Shown one piece after another: positions 19,003-28,584 of a stretch of 64,000 bases of DNA. The translations under genes and the position numbers were made by a program. Location of the stretch: positions 53,548 to 117,547 of the forward strand of contig QHWT01000044.1 in assembly GCA_003222675.1 (NCBI GenBank), given 5' to 3'. A model generated the notes under the pieces. It did not search any database. It saw nothing but the letters and a program-made list of their open reading frames with translations, and was not told the origin of the DNA. Position 1 is the first letter of the stretch; every line of letters begins with the position of its first letter. Source of the DNA: Acidobacteriota bacterium (GTDB lineage Bacteria > Acidobacteriota > Vicinamibacteria > Vicinamibacterales > 2-12-FULL-66-21).

Positions 19003-20283
19003 TCAGGTTGCGCGTCGCGATTGTAGTCCAGACTTGGCTCCGCCGAGCGCGTCGAGGATGGGCGTCGTGGCGATTGTTGTGACGAGCGCCATAATCACCA
19101 TCATCGTGAACAGCGTCGGGGAGATCACGTCCAGATCGCGGCCGACGTTGAGCACGATCAGCTCCATCAGGCCGCGCGTGTTCATCAGGATCCCCAGCCT
19201 GGCCGAGGTCCGCGCGTCCATGCCGTTCAGCCGCGCGCCGGCAAACGTCCCGCCGAATTTCCCCAGTGTCGCCACGAGGACGATCAGTCCGCACAACATC
19301 CAGGCGCGGGCGCCAGAGACGAGGCCGATCTCGGTGCGCATGCCGGTGAACGCGAAGAACGCGGGCAGAAGAAGGATCGTCACGAGGTCGTGCATTTTGT
19401 CGTTCAACGCGTCCGGGAGCGGACCCCCGCGCGGAAGAACCGCGCCGTAGAGGAACGCGCCGAAGATCGCGTGGATGCCAATCCACTCCGCCGCGAGCGC
19501 CGACAGCAGCAAGCCAGCGAGCACAATTGCGATCTGATCGCGTGGGACATCCTTCCGCCTAAAGGCGGAAGCCACGCGAGTGGAAGAGGACGCGGAAGCC
19601 ACAAGAATGCGAGCGAGCAGGGGCCGCACGACGAACAACATCAGGCCGGCGAAGAATGCGGTCATCGCGACGACGAGCACGGCGCTCTCGACACTTCCCT
19701 GCGCGATCCCCACGATCAATGCCAGCAGACACCACGCCGTCACATCGTCGACCGCCGCGCACGCGAGCGCGAGCGTACCGAGCGGCGTCGCGGCCAGGCC
19801 ACGGTCGTTGACGATGCGTGCAAGGACAGGGAACGCGGTGATCGACATGGCGACGCCCATGAACAGCGCGAAGCTCGTGAACGGGACGTCCGGCTGCGAG
19901 AGCCGCGGATAGAGATAGGCCGCCAGTGCCGCGCCGAGCAGAAACGGCGCGACGATACTGGCGTTCGAGGTGAGCACGACGCCGCGCGCGTGCCCGCGCA
20001 GCAGGTCGGCCCGCAGATCGAGACCGACGATGAACATGTAGAGAATCACGCTCAGCTCCGCGACGAGGCGGAGTTCGGGCGCGGTTGATGGAGGAAGAAT
20101 CGCAGCCGCGACACCCGGTGCGAATCGGCCGAGGAGCGACGGGCCGAGAACGATGCCGGCGAGCACTTCACCGATCACCGGCGGCTGACGGACTTTCGCG
20201 AGCAGCGCGCCGAGCACGCGGCCGGTGACGAGCACCGCCGCGAGCGTCAACAGCACGTGGAACAGGGCGGTGGGTTGCGCTAT
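19003..20283 (-). CDS. Cation:proton antiporter (CPA2 family); start codon unclear
   Basis: 'QPPVIGEVLAGIVLGPSLLG', 'SITAFPVLARI', 'AAVDDVTAW', 'MNTRGLMEL'; no ATG at the expected junction (ATA 20283 or GTG 20256). Confidence 0.85.
   Translation of the reverse strand: MAQPTALFHVLLTLAAVLVTGRVLGALLAKVRQPPVIGEVLAGIVLGPSLLGRFAPGVAAAILPPSTAPELRLVAELSVILYMFIVGLDLRADLLRGHARGVVLTSNASIVAPFLLGAALAAYLYPRLSQPDVPFTSFALFMGVAMSITAFPVLARIVNDRGLAATPLGTLALACAAVDDVTAWCLLALIVGIAQGSVESAVLVVAMTAFFAGLMLFVVRPLLARILVASASSSTRVASAFRRKDVPRDQIAIVLAGLLLSALAAEWIGIHAIFGAFLYGAVLPRGGPLPDALNDKMHDLVTILLLPAFFAFTGMRTEIGLVSGARAWMLCGLIVLVATLGKFGGTFAGARLNGMDARTSARLGILMNTRGLMELIVLNVGRDLDVISPTLFTMMVIMALVTTIATTPILDALGGAKSGLQSRRAT
19552..19575. 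repeat. REP-like palindrome inside the antiporter coding frame (encodes VASAFRRK)
   Basis: CTTCCGCCTAAAGGCGGAAGCCAC, same family as 18450-18510; partial copy at 19592-19602. Confidence 0.8.
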
Positions 20284-21584
20284 CGTGTTCGTCCTTCCGG
20301 CAGGAACAGCTCGTTCGCTTTGCCCGGCGCGTCCGCCACCGGGATACCCGCGTCCCACCGTGGGATGGGCGCCTTGTCGTCCGGGTAGAGCGATTCCATC
20401 GCGCCCCAGACCTGGTCGACGCGATCCGTGAAGAGATCGCCGATCAGCAGATCCGTGACGGTGCCGCGCAGTTCAGGGTAGTGCCGGATGAAGTTGCCGA
20501 AGCTGAACCCGTCGTAATACTCGCAGACGAGCCGCCGCATGCGATCGACGCCCTCGTTGAACACGTCGCCCCATTTCCCGAGCTGCGCCGCGCTCGTGTC
20601 CCCCTTCTTCAATCCCTCCACAATGGCGTCGGCCGCCATCTCTCCCGAGCGCAACGCCAGCAGTACGCCGGACGAATAGAGCGGATCGAGAAAGCCCCAC
20701 GCGTCGCCGACGAGGACCCAGCCGTCGCCGGATGCTTTCGTCGCGCGATACGAATAATCCTTCGTCGCGAAATAACCCGTATGCCGGCGAGCGGAGCCGA
20801 TGCGCCGCTTCACGGCCGCGCAGCGATCCACTTCCTCCTGGTAAGTCTGTTCGAAGCCCGCGCGGTTCTTGAACAGGTAATCGAACGGCGCCACGATGCC
20901 GACGCTGACGATGTCGTCGTGCTGCGGGATGTACCAGAACCATCCTTTCCTGTCGGCGGTCTGCAGCACCATCGTCGCGCCTTCGTCCTTGCCCGTATCG
21001 CGATAGGCGCCCTGCCAATACGTCCAGATCGCCCCCTTGTTCAGGATCGGATCCCACACTCGGAGCCGCAGGCGATTCGAGATGAGGCCGTTCTGTCCGC
21101 TGGCATCGACGACGACGGTCGCGCGCACGTCGCGCAGCGTGCCGTCGGGCTCTTTGATCCTGACACCGATGGCGCGGTCACCCTCGAACAGCAGGTCCAT
21201 CACCCGCACGGCCTCGCGGACGTCCACGCCGTGCTCGCGCGCGTGGTCGAGCATCATCTGATCGAATTCGCTGCGCACCACCTGCCACGTCTGCGAGCAC
21301 TCGTGCGGCTTGTTGTCCCAGAAATAGAACGGCGCCGACTCCTTGCCGCTCGCGTTGACGAACTGGACGCTGTATTTCTTGACGAAATGACTCTGATGCA
21401 TCTTCGGCAGCATGCCGATCCGCTTGAGTACCCAATAGGTCTCAGGGATCAGCGACTCGCCGATGTGAAAGCGCGGGAATTTTTCGCGCTCGAACAACTG
21501 CACGCGGAGTCCCTGCTGGGCCATCAATGTCGAAACGGTGGCGCCCGCGGGGCCTCCGCCGATCACGACTACGTCTGGAGTCAT
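20280..21584 (-). CDS. FAD-dependent oxidoreductase of the flavin-dependent halogenase family
   Basis: 'IGGGPAG', 'IGESL', 'FVKKY' (catalytic Lys position), WxWxIP 'GWFWYIP', 'GDAWGFLDPLYSSGV'. Confidence 0.85.
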   Translation of the reverse strand: MTPDVVVIGGGPAGATVSTLMAQQGLRVQLFEREKFPRFHIGESLIPETYWVLKRIGMLPKMHQSHFVKKYSVQFVNASGKESAPFYFWDNKPHECSQTWQVVRSEFDQMMLDHAREHGVDVREAVRVMDLLFEGDRAIGVRIKEPDGTLRDVRATVVVDASGQNGLISNRLRLRVWDPILNKGAIWTYWQGAYRDTGKDEGATMVLQTADRKGWFWYIPQHDDIVSVGIVAPFDYLFKNRAGFEQTYQEEVDRCAAVKRRIGSARRHTGYFATKDYSYRATKASGDGWVLVGDAWGFLDPLYSSGVLLALRSGEMAADAIVEGLKKGDTSAAQLGKWGDVFNEGVDRMRRLVCEYYDGFSFGNFIRHYPELRGTVTDLLIGDLFTDRVDQVWGAMESLYPDDKAPIPRWDAGIPVADAPGKANELFLPEGRTR

Positions 21585-21602
21585 ATATCCCGTGGTTGGT
21601 TG

Positions 21603-21748
21603 TCAGTTCCCAGTTGCCAGTTGCCAGTCGCCAGTTCCCCGGTTGCCGATTCCAGTTCCCAGTTAGCAGTTACCGGTTCCCAGTTTTCAGGATCGCTCGT
21701 GACTGGTTACTGGCTACTGGCTACCGGCTACTGGCTACCGGCTACTGG
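21603..21748. repeat. Heptamer tandem arrays in inverted arrangement (CCAGTTN... / ...ACTGGCT)
   Basis: ccagttg/ccagttc units followed by ctggcta/ccggcta units. Confidence 0.8.
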
Positions 21749-22148
21749 TCCGAAACCGTGCTGCGATGTCTTCAGGAATTTCGATCGAGCGCATGGGTTC
21801 GCCATTACCCTTGGCGACGCAGGCGATCTTCATCGAGCCGGTCGCGATCCGTTCCTCTCCCTGTTGAATGATGCACTTGTACGCGATCGTCCGGCGGGTG
21901 ATCTCAGAGATTCGGATGGCGATCTCAAACTCGTCCTCGAATCGGAGCGCGCGGTGGAACTCGCACGAGGCCGCCACGCGCGGCCAACCGATCTCCGACG
22001 CGGGTGGATGGATGCTCAACCCGGCTTCGCGCCAGAGCGCATGCTCCGCTTCCTCCATGTACCGGAAGAACCAGCTGAAGTGCACGATCCCGGCCACGTC
22101 AGTCTCGTAGAAGTGGACGCGGCGCTTGATTCGCAATTCGGTCGGCAA
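21735..22148 (-). CDS. Hotdog-fold acyl-CoA thioesterase (4HBT/YbgC family)
   Basis: 'RVHFYETDVAGIVHFSWFFRYMEEAE', 'CEFHRALRFED'. Confidence 0.88.
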   Translation of the reverse strand: MPTELRIKRRVHFYETDVAGIVHFSWFFRYMEEAEHALWREAGLSIHPPASEIGWPRVAASCEFHRALRFEDEFEIAIRISEITRRTIAYKCIIQQGEERIATGSMKIACVAKGNGEPMRSIEIPEDIAARFRTSSR

Positions 22149-22161
22149 GCGTTCTCTCGAC

Positions 22162-23496
22162 CTACGTGTAGCGGATTCCTGAGTGCTGTGGAAGGAAGAA
22201 GCGCGGCAGCAGGGCGTCGACGCGCAGCAGCCCTTCGCGCGTCAGGCGCACGACGTGTTCGTCAGCCTGGGCGACGTAGCCCTCATGCCGCAAGGTGGTG
22301 AACTGTTGTTCGAAGTGCTGCAGGATTTCGACGCCGTACTTGTCCCTGAAGTACATGGGACTGATGTGCCCGAGCTTCAACTGCAGCACCAGCTCGCGCC
22401 GCATGCGCTCCTCGGCGGTCGGACGATACGCGCGCGCCAGCGGCAGCTCGCCGCGGTCGATCGCTTCGCTGTATCCCTCCCACGTGTCGTGGTTCTGCAT
22501 GTGCACGCCGTTCATATGGCCGAACGACGCGACGCCGAGCGCCGCCATGTCCGCGCCTTGCCACAAACGGTCGCGGTAAATAAAGCGCGTGCGCGACGGG
22601 TCTTTGACCGCCGTGTAGGCGCTCCCGACGTGATAGCCCGCGCGTTCGAGCGCCTCGAACGCCTCGCTCACCCAGCGCCGCTTCGTCGGCCAGTCCGCGA
22701 GCGAGCCCGTCATCTGGCCCGCGCCCTTGAGCAGGTCCTTGCTGATCGTGGTGTTGTAGGGCAGCTCCATCTGATAGATGGTGACGCTGTCCGGATCCAG
22801 ATCGATCGTCTTCCGGATGCAGTCCTGCCAGTTCGCTTCCGTCTCGCCAAGCATCCCCGCGATCAGATCGATGTTGATCTGCGCAAAGTCGAGCGCGCGC
22901 GCGAACGCGTACGACTGGCCGATCTCGGGGGAGCGATGCGCGCGGCCGTTGATCTCGAGGATGCGATCGTCGAAGTTCTCGATGCCCAGGCTGAGGCGCG
23001 TCACGCCGATGCGGCGAATCGCCGTGAGCTTGTGCTCCGTCAGCGTGCCGGGCTCGCACTCGAACGTGATCTCCTCCGCCTGATTCCACGGCGTAACAGC
23101 CGTCACGCGCTTCACCAGGCCATCGAGCTGCTGCGTGGACAGAAACGACGGCGTGCCGCCTCCGAAATAGACGAAATTCAGCGCACGTCCGGCGATCGCC
23201 GGCTGCTCGGCGTAGATCTCCCACTCGCGCCCGAGCACGTCGAGATACCGTCCGATCTCCTGCGCGTTCTTGTCGGTGTAGACCCTGAAGTAACAGAAGT
23301 GACACCGCTTCCGGCAGAACGGGATGTGGAGGTAGAGGCCAAGCGGCACCGCCGGATCCGGACGCTGCTGTAACGCCGGCTTGGCATCGCGCTCGACCGC
23401 CTCGCGTGACCAGACGGAGAACGGCGGATAGGTGGCAACGAAATAACTGCCGACCTCTGGCTGATCAACGAGCGCGGCGCGCGGGGTCTCGGACAT
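22162..23496 (-). CDS. HemN-like (class C) radical SAM protein
   Basis: 'LYLHIPFCRKRCHFCYF' (CxxxCxxC), 'FGGGTPS', 'INIDLIAG'; lacks the HemN RNFQGY and HemW HNxxYW motifs. Confidence 0.88.
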   Translation of the reverse strand: MSETPRAALVDQPEVGSYFVATYPPFSVWSREAVERDAKPALQQRPDPAVPLGLYLHIPFCRKRCHFCYFRVYTDKNAQEIGRYLDVLGREWEIYAEQPAIAGRALNFVYFGGGTPSFLSTQQLDGLVKRVTAVTPWNQAEEITFECEPGTLTEHKLTAIRRIGVTRLSLGIENFDDRILEINGRAHRSPEIGQSYAFARALDFAQINIDLIAGMLGETEANWQDCIRKTIDLDPDSVTIYQMELPYNTTISKDLLKGAGQMTGSLADWPTKRRWVSEAFEALERAGYHVGSAYTAVKDPSRTRFIYRDRLWQGADMAALGVASFGHMNGVHMQNHDTWEGYSEAIDRGELPLARAYRPTAEERMRRELVLQLKLGHISPMYFRDKYGVEILQHFEQQFTTLRHEGYVAQADEHVVRLTREGLLRVDALLPRFFLPQHSGIRYT

Positions 23497-23506
23497 GGGT
23501 CGTTTA

Positions 23507-23515
23507 ACTATACCA
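23507..23515 (-). promoter_or_regulatory. Putative extended -10 (TGGTATAGT) 10 nt upstream of the radical SAM ATG
   Basis: Minus strand reads TGGTATAGT-taaacgaccc-ATG. Confidence 0.4.
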
Positions 23516-23523
23516 AGCGGCTC

Positions 23524-23633
23524 TCACTGATCACGGATCTCACTCAGAGGGCACAGAGGCGAAAATCAAAAACCCAACATTAAATGCCTCCGTGGCCCCC
23601 GTGGCCTCTGAGAGTAGAGTCTCCGTGGCCTCC
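23524..23633. repeat. 9-mer repeat element in inverted arrangement (CACGGA/CACAGA versus TCCGTG)
   Basis: tcacggatc...gcacagaggc ... gcctccgtgg cccccgtgg cctctgag ... ctccgtggcc. Confidence 0.55.
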
Positions 23634-23634
23634 T

Positions 23635-24840
23635 TCACCCGAAGCAATACAACCGACCATCCTGCGCGCCCACGACCAAACGTCCCTGGCCGATCGCCGG
23701 GGACGCGGTGATGGCATCTCCCGCGTCGAACTCCCATCGCTTCCGGCCTGTCGCCGCATCCAGCACGTACAGGCGGCCGTCGCTCGAGCCGACGTAGATG
23801 CGCCCCCCTGCGAATGCGGGAGACGAGTCCACACGCGCGCGCGTCGCAAACTTCCACACGCGCCTGCCGCTCGCGGCATCGATCGCGTGGACCGACTTGT
23901 CGCGCCCGCCGACGATTACCCGGCCGTTCACCAGCGCCGCGGACGAGTAATAGGGAAATTCGCGCTCCGGATCCCGGTAGCGCCACACGATGCGTCGCGC
24001 ACGCAGATCGATTGCGACGACGTCATGGTTGAACGTGCCGACGAACGCGCGCGTGGCGTCCACGGCCGCCGATGCGCCCGTATAGGCGCCGAGCGGCAGC
24101 GCGAACAGGACCTTGCCGTCAGCGAGACGGATCGCGCGGAACTGCTCGTCGCATCCTCCCAGGTAGATGGTTCCGTTGTTGATCGCCGGCGTGGCGTGCA
24201 CCGGGCCAGATGTCTGAAGCTTCCACCGCACGTCGCCCGAACGCGCGTCGAGCGCGTACAGGTTCATGTCGTACGACCCGATCAGCACCAGGTTGCCGGC
24301 AATCACCGGTGAGGACTTCACCTCGCCGCCCGTCTTGAACGTCCACCGGCGCGCGCCGTCACGCACGCTGACGGCATGCACGACGCCGGCGAGGTCGCCG
24401 ATGTAGACGAGATCGCCCGAGACCGCCGGCGACGACTCCCCCAGCTCGTTGCCCGTCGCGTACTTCCACCGCAGCTTGCCGGTCCCGAGATCGATGGCCA
24501 GCAGATCGCCGTTGCCGGCGCCGACATAGACGACCCCGTCCGCGATGGCCGCAGACGATTCGATCGACTCCGGCGCTTCGTAAGTCCACTTGAGGCTCAA
24601 CGTTTCCGGAAGAGCATCGTTCGTGACCGCCGTCAACTGCGCGTTGCCGCGAAACTGGGGCCACGAAGAAGCCGCGCCCTGCGCCGACAGAGCAGCGCAC
24701 AAAGCCGTGACCGCCAACGGGCTACTCACGAAACGCGCGTAGCGCAGGCCTTGAGGCCTGCTCGTGTGAGCCGATGCAGCCCTGAAGGGCTGCGCTACGA
24801 GACCGTATATGAGCCGCGGCCGGTCCGCGTTACTTCCCAT
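23635..24840 (-). CDS. PQQ-like beta-propeller protein #3 (most BamB-like, regular blades)
   Basis: 'WPQFRGN'; eight blades of the form 'SSPA..G..VYVG..DG.LYA.D..TG...W.F'. Confidence 0.88.
   Translation of the reverse strand: MGSNADRPRLIYGLVAQPFRAASAHTSRPQGLRYARFVSSPLAVTALCAALSAQGAASSWPQFRGNAQLTAVTNDALPETLSLKWTYEAPESIESSAAIADGVVYVGAGNGDLLAIDLGTGKLRWKYATGNELGESSPAVSGDLVYIGDLAGVVHAVSVRDGARRWTFKTGGEVKSSPVIAGNLVLIGSYDMNLYALDARSGDVRWKLQTSGPVHATPAINNGTIYLGGCDEQFRAIRLADGKVLFALPLGAYTGASAAVDATRAFVGTFNHDVVAIDLRARRIVWRYRDPEREFPYYSSAALVNGRVIVGGRDKSVHAIDAASGRRVWKFATRARVDSSPAFAGGRIYVGSSDGRLYVLDAATGRKRWEFDAGDAITASPAIGQGRLVVGAQDGRLYCFG
24739..24798. repeat. GTAG REP-like doublet within the N-terminus of PQQ-like ORF #3
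   Basis: GTAGCGCAGGCCTTGAGGCCTGC ... GCAGCCCTGAAGGGCTGCGCTAC, same family as 7474-7530. Confidence 0.8.
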
Positions 24841-26293
24841 TGATCGATAGCGCGAACAACTGGTTCCGGTTGTTCAGGAACAGCGCGCCGTGGGCGGGCA
24901 CCGGCGTCGCGTAGACGGCGCTTCCCATGTTCATCTCGGCGAGCACCTTCTTGGTCTTCCCCGCCTGCAGCACCACGACGTCGCCGTCTTCGTCGCCCAG
25001 GTACACCTTCCCGTCAATCACCATCGTCGATCCCCAGACGGCGGCGAGGACGTCGTGCGTCCAGTACGGCTGGCCGGTCTTCGCGTCGAGGCAATGCAGG
25101 AACCCGCTGAAGTCCGCGCTGTAGAGCAGCCCGTCGGCGATCGACGCGGTCGAAATCGAGCGCCGGATCTTGTCGTACTGCCAGACGAGACCCGTCTTCG
25201 TGATGTCGCCCCGCTTCGTCGCATCGATGGCGTACATGTGGCCGACGCCCTCGCCGTGCTCGGGATCCTGCCCGTTCGCGATGTAGATCTTGTCGTCGTA
25301 GATGACCGGCGTCGAGATCACTTCATTGCGCGTCTTCGGCCAGACGGCCTCTTTCGGATTCGTGTCGAACTCCCAGAGTTTCTTGCCCATCGCGGTTTCG
25401 TAGCCGCGCACCCAGCCGTCCCCCTGCGCGCTGACCACCTGGTCGACGCCGCCGATCTTGCCGACCGCCGGCGTGGACCACTGCCCATGGAGAATCCGGT
25501 CCTCGACGGAGTTGTCTTCCCACACCAGCTTTCCGGTGTTCTTGTTGAGCGCGATGATTGACGGCGCCTTCGGTGACGGAATGTGGACGTGGCTTTCGTC
25601 CTGGCCGTTCGACGTGCTCACGAACACGAGGTCGCCCCAGATCACCGGCGATGAGTTCGACATGTTGTGCGGATAGGAGCCGACCTCCTCCATCATGTCG
25701 AACGACCAGATCGCGTCCGCGTCGTGCTCACCCGTCAGCTTCTCGTCGGTGATCGGGCCGTCGTTCTTACCGTCGCGAAAGCCGTTGACGTCGAGGCACC
25801 AGACGACCCCGCGGTTGCTCGTGTAATAGAGCTTCGTGCCTTCGACGAGCGGCGATGAGGCGACGCCCTGGAAGGGCCAGTCGTTCGCGCGTCCCGACGA
25901 CAGCTTCTCGTGCGTCTGCTGCCAGAGGAACTCACCGTTCGATTCGCGAAACGCCATCAGCACGCCGCGATCGCCCGCCTGATTCTTGTCGCGGAGCCCC
26001 TCATTATTCGTCCCCACGAACACCATGCCGCCGGCGACGACCGGATTGCCGTAGCTTTGCGAGCCGAGGTTGGCAACCCACTTCACGTTCTTCTTCGTCT
26101 TGACGTCCCATTCGGTGGGCAGCCCTTTCATGTTCGATACCATGTTGCGATCGGGCGTGCCCCCCCACATCGGCCAGTCGCCGGATCCTGGATCGCTCAG
26201 TTCTTCCGCCTGTAGGCGGAAGTTCCCGGACGGTCGCTCGGGTAGACACAATGCCCCGGCCGCGAACAGCGATACGACGAACAGTTTTCTCAT
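24830..26293 (-). CDS. Secreted PQQ-like beta-propeller protein #4
   Basis: Signal peptide, 'DWPMWGGTPDRN', 'SSPLV', 'GQDPEHGEG'. Confidence 0.88.
   Translation of the reverse strand: MRKLFVVSLFAAGALCLPERPSGNFRLQAEELSDPGSGDWPMWGGTPDRNMVSNMKGLPTEWDVKTKKNVKWVANLGSQSYGNPVVAGGMVFVGTNNEGLRDKNQAGDRGVLMAFRESNGEFLWQQTHEKLSSGRANDWPFQGVASSPLVEGTKLYYTSNRGVVWCLDVNGFRDGKNDGPITDEKLTGEHDADAIWSFDMMEEVGSYPHNMSNSSPVIWGDLVFVSTSNGQDESHVHIPSPKAPSIIALNKNTGKLVWEDNSVEDRILHGQWSTPAVGKIGGVDQVVSAQGDGWVRGYETAMGKKLWEFDTNPKEAVWPKTRNEVISTPVIYDDKIYIANGQDPEHGEGVGHMYAIDATKRGDITKTGLVWQYDKIRRSISTASIADGLLYSADFSGFLHCLDAKTGQPYWTHDVLAAVWGSTMVIDGKVYLGDEDGDVVVLQAGKTKKVLAEMNMGSAVYATPVPAHGALFLNNRNQLFALSINGK
26203..26222. repeat. REP-like palindrome in coding frame (encodes NFRLQAEE)
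   Basis: CTTCCGCCTGTAGGCGGAAG. Confidence 0.7.
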
Positions 26294-28500
26294 TGGTTTG
26301 CCGTCAGCTTCAGATTATCGAGATACGCGCCGAACTCCGCATCGACGAAGAGTCCCGGCGCTCCCTTGTGATTGCCGATCGGATCGACCTTCTCGATCGT
26401 CCACGCGGCGGGCTCCGGCTGGCCGACAGCCCACGCCTTGCCGCGCGCGCGCACCTTGCCGTCCGGCATGTTCTCCACGCGAAGCTTCACGTGGTACCAC
26501 GCATCGGCCTGCCATTCGAACGGCGCCTCCACCGAGCGCGCCGTCTCCGGCTCCCATGATTCGATCTTGAGCCTCTGCGCGTTGCCGTACAACACGAGCG
26601 AGTAGCGCTGCGCGGTGATCCCGATGTCGGTCATCTGGCGGCGCCGTGTGGTACCGCGCACGTCCGCCTCGAACGTGTAATCCGCGAGATCGACGGGCCC
26701 GACGAACACGCGGATGCGCTTGAAAATGGTCTGGTCGGGCGCCTTCTGCAGGACTTTTTGTCCATCCAGCGTGACGACGGAGAATTTCCCGGCCGTGGCG
26801 TTGATCCAGCCGGGAGGCACCGCGCCGTCCCCGTACGAATCAAACGTCTCGGTCCATGGCAGCGGACGCAGCACGCGCGCGCGGGCTTCGCCACCGACCG
26901 TCCCGACGTTCGCCTTGATCGTGCCGGCCTGATCGACCGGGTCCGGCGCGCTGGTGAACGTCCCGTGCGTCACGGTCCCTTTCAATCCCTGGAGCGACCA
27001 TGTGGCGCCGGCCTCCTCTCGCAGGAAGCGTCCCTTCGCGTCGAACAGGCGCGCGTGCAGCGTCACCGATTGCCCGGGTTTCAGCACCAGCTCCGTCGGT
27101 GAGACCTGCACCCACGCCGGCTCCCCCTCGCCTTTTTCCGGCGCCTCGTCCACGGTTGTGCCGCTGGTGACTTTCGGCGCCTTCGAACCGAGCGCGTAGA
27201 CGCCACCGGTCGAGACGAAGAAGATGCGGCCGCGCGAAATCGCTGCGCCCGCAAACACTGGTTCCGGGAGACCCGCCGACTGACCGGCGTTGTCGTCCTT
27301 GCTGAGCGGCAACTCGACGGACGGACGGACGATGAAGAACCTGCCGCTTTCGGTGCCGACATAAAGCTTGCCGTCCGCGAGCACGAGCGGCGCCTTCTGG
27401 ATCGTCCCGAGCGTCTGCGTCCACAGCGAATGGCCCGTTTCGAGATCGTACGCCTTGAGCCGCGAACCGTTCTCGACCTGATACACGCGCGTGCCATCGA
27501 TCACGGGAGAGGAGAAGCCGAACTGATCCCCCTTGTTGGCCCACCTGGTCGTCTTGATGTCTCCCCTCTGCGACCCATCGATCGCGGCAATCATCCCGAG
27601 CTCGTTCGTGTCGAGGTTCTCGTCACCGTGCGAGATGATCACCGTGCTGCCTGAGACCGCAACCGCCGTGTTGATCGCGCGCTTCGCGGCGACGAAGCTC
27701 CACACCTTCTCGCCCGTCTGCGGCTTGATTGCGTGCACGCCTCCGTCACCGAGACCGCAGATGAGGAGCCGCTGTCCGTTGATCGTCGCGATCACCGGCG
27801 CCGCATACGCGGTGTCGTAGGGGCGTCCGCCCGGGCTCGCGACCCACATGATGTCGCCCGTCCGCTTGTCGAGCGCGATGAACCGGTGCGCGCGATTGGC
27901 CTGCGTGCCCCAGCTCGAGATCGCCGCGCTGACGATCACGAGATCCCCATCCACGATCGGAGACATGGTACGGCCGCCGTGCGTGGTGAACGCGGCAAAC
28001 TCTTCGCCGACGGATCGCTGCCACAGCAGCTTGCCGTCGTTGGTCAGCGCGACGACCTCGGCGCCGACGGTGAGGCCGTAGATATTCCCCGTTTCGGGAT
28101 CCGCGGTCGGCGATGCCCAACCCACGCGATGCGGCGGCACATCGCTCTGGTAGATGCTGAACTTCTGTTCCCAGATCACCTTTCCGGTGTCGGCGTCGAG
28201 CGCCATGATCCGCTCCTGCAGATCGGCGCCGTGCCCGGAGGGGTTCTGCACGATGACGCGGTTGCCCATGACGATCGGCGCGGAGCGGCCACCGTAAGGC
28301 GCGCGCCACAGGAAATTGCGGCCGTTGAGCTCCCAGGTGTCGATCAGACCCTTTTCGTCCGACACGCCGCTCCGGTGAGGCCCGCGCGCATCCGGCCAGT
28401 CGCCCAGCGCGACATGCCGTCCGCCGTCCGCCGCGGTGACCACCGTCACGGCCGCAACGAGTACCGTCAGAACGCAAAGTCGTTTCAACATAGAGATCAT
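26290..28500 (-). CDS. Secreted PQQ-like beta-propeller protein #5 with C-terminal Ig-like and jelly-roll (ConA/LamG-like) domains
   Basis: 'DWPDARGP', propeller repeats, then 'DYTFEADV', 'WYHVKLRV', 'GKAW....EP..W', 'YLDNLKL'. Confidence 0.82.
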   Translation of the reverse strand: MISMLKRLCVLTVLVAAVTVVTAADGGRHVALGDWPDARGPHRSGVSDEKGLIDTWELNGRNFLWRAPYGGRSAPIVMGNRVIVQNPSGHGADLQERIMALDADTGKVIWEQKFSIYQSDVPPHRVGWASPTADPETGNIYGLTVGAEVVALTNDGKLLWQRSVGEEFAAFTTHGGRTMSPIVDGDLVIVSAAISSWGTQANRAHRFIALDKRTGDIMWVASPGGRPYDTAYAAPVIATINGQRLLICGLGDGGVHAIKPQTGEKVWSFVAAKRAINTAVAVSGSTVIISHGDENLDTNELGMIAAIDGSQRGDIKTTRWANKGDQFGFSSPVIDGTRVYQVENGSRLKAYDLETGHSLWTQTLGTIQKAPLVLADGKLYVGTESGRFFIVRPSVELPLSKDDNAGQSAGLPEPVFAGAAISRGRIFFVSTGGVYALGSKAPKVTSGTTVDEAPEKGEGEPAWVQVSPTELVLKPGQSVTLHARLFDAKGRFLREEAGATWSLQGLKGTVTHGTFTSAPDPVDQAGTIKANVGTVGGEARARVLRPLPWTETFDSYGDGAVPPGWINATAGKFSVVTLDGQKVLQKAPDQTIFKRIRVFVGPVDLADYTFEADVRGTTRRRQMTDIGITAQRYSLVLYGNAQRLKIESWEPETARSVEAPFEWQADAWYHVKLRVENMPDGKVRARGKAWAVGQPEPAAWTIEKVDPIGNHKGAPGLFVDAEFGAYLDNLKLTANQ

Positions 28501-28584
28501 CTTCGTTCTACGCCATGCCGCGGGACGATGTTTCAGCTGGCCGAGGTCCGAGATCCGAGGTCCGAAGACTAACGCGTGAAGCTC

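Noticed and set aside
20481..22301. 606-aa plus-strand ORF containing 'LLATGYW' repeats
   Set aside because: Antisense to the halogenase and thioesterase genes; the peptide repeats are just the translated heptamer array.
22162..23496. Housekeeping hemN or hemW
   Set aside because: Lacks the RNFQGY and HNxxYW motifs and has no heme-pathway neighbours, so no gene symbol was assigned.
23635..24840. bamB or a true PQQ dehydrogenase
   Set aside because: No convincing lipobox, bam/der context or quinoprotein catalytic motifs; kept as a generic propeller.
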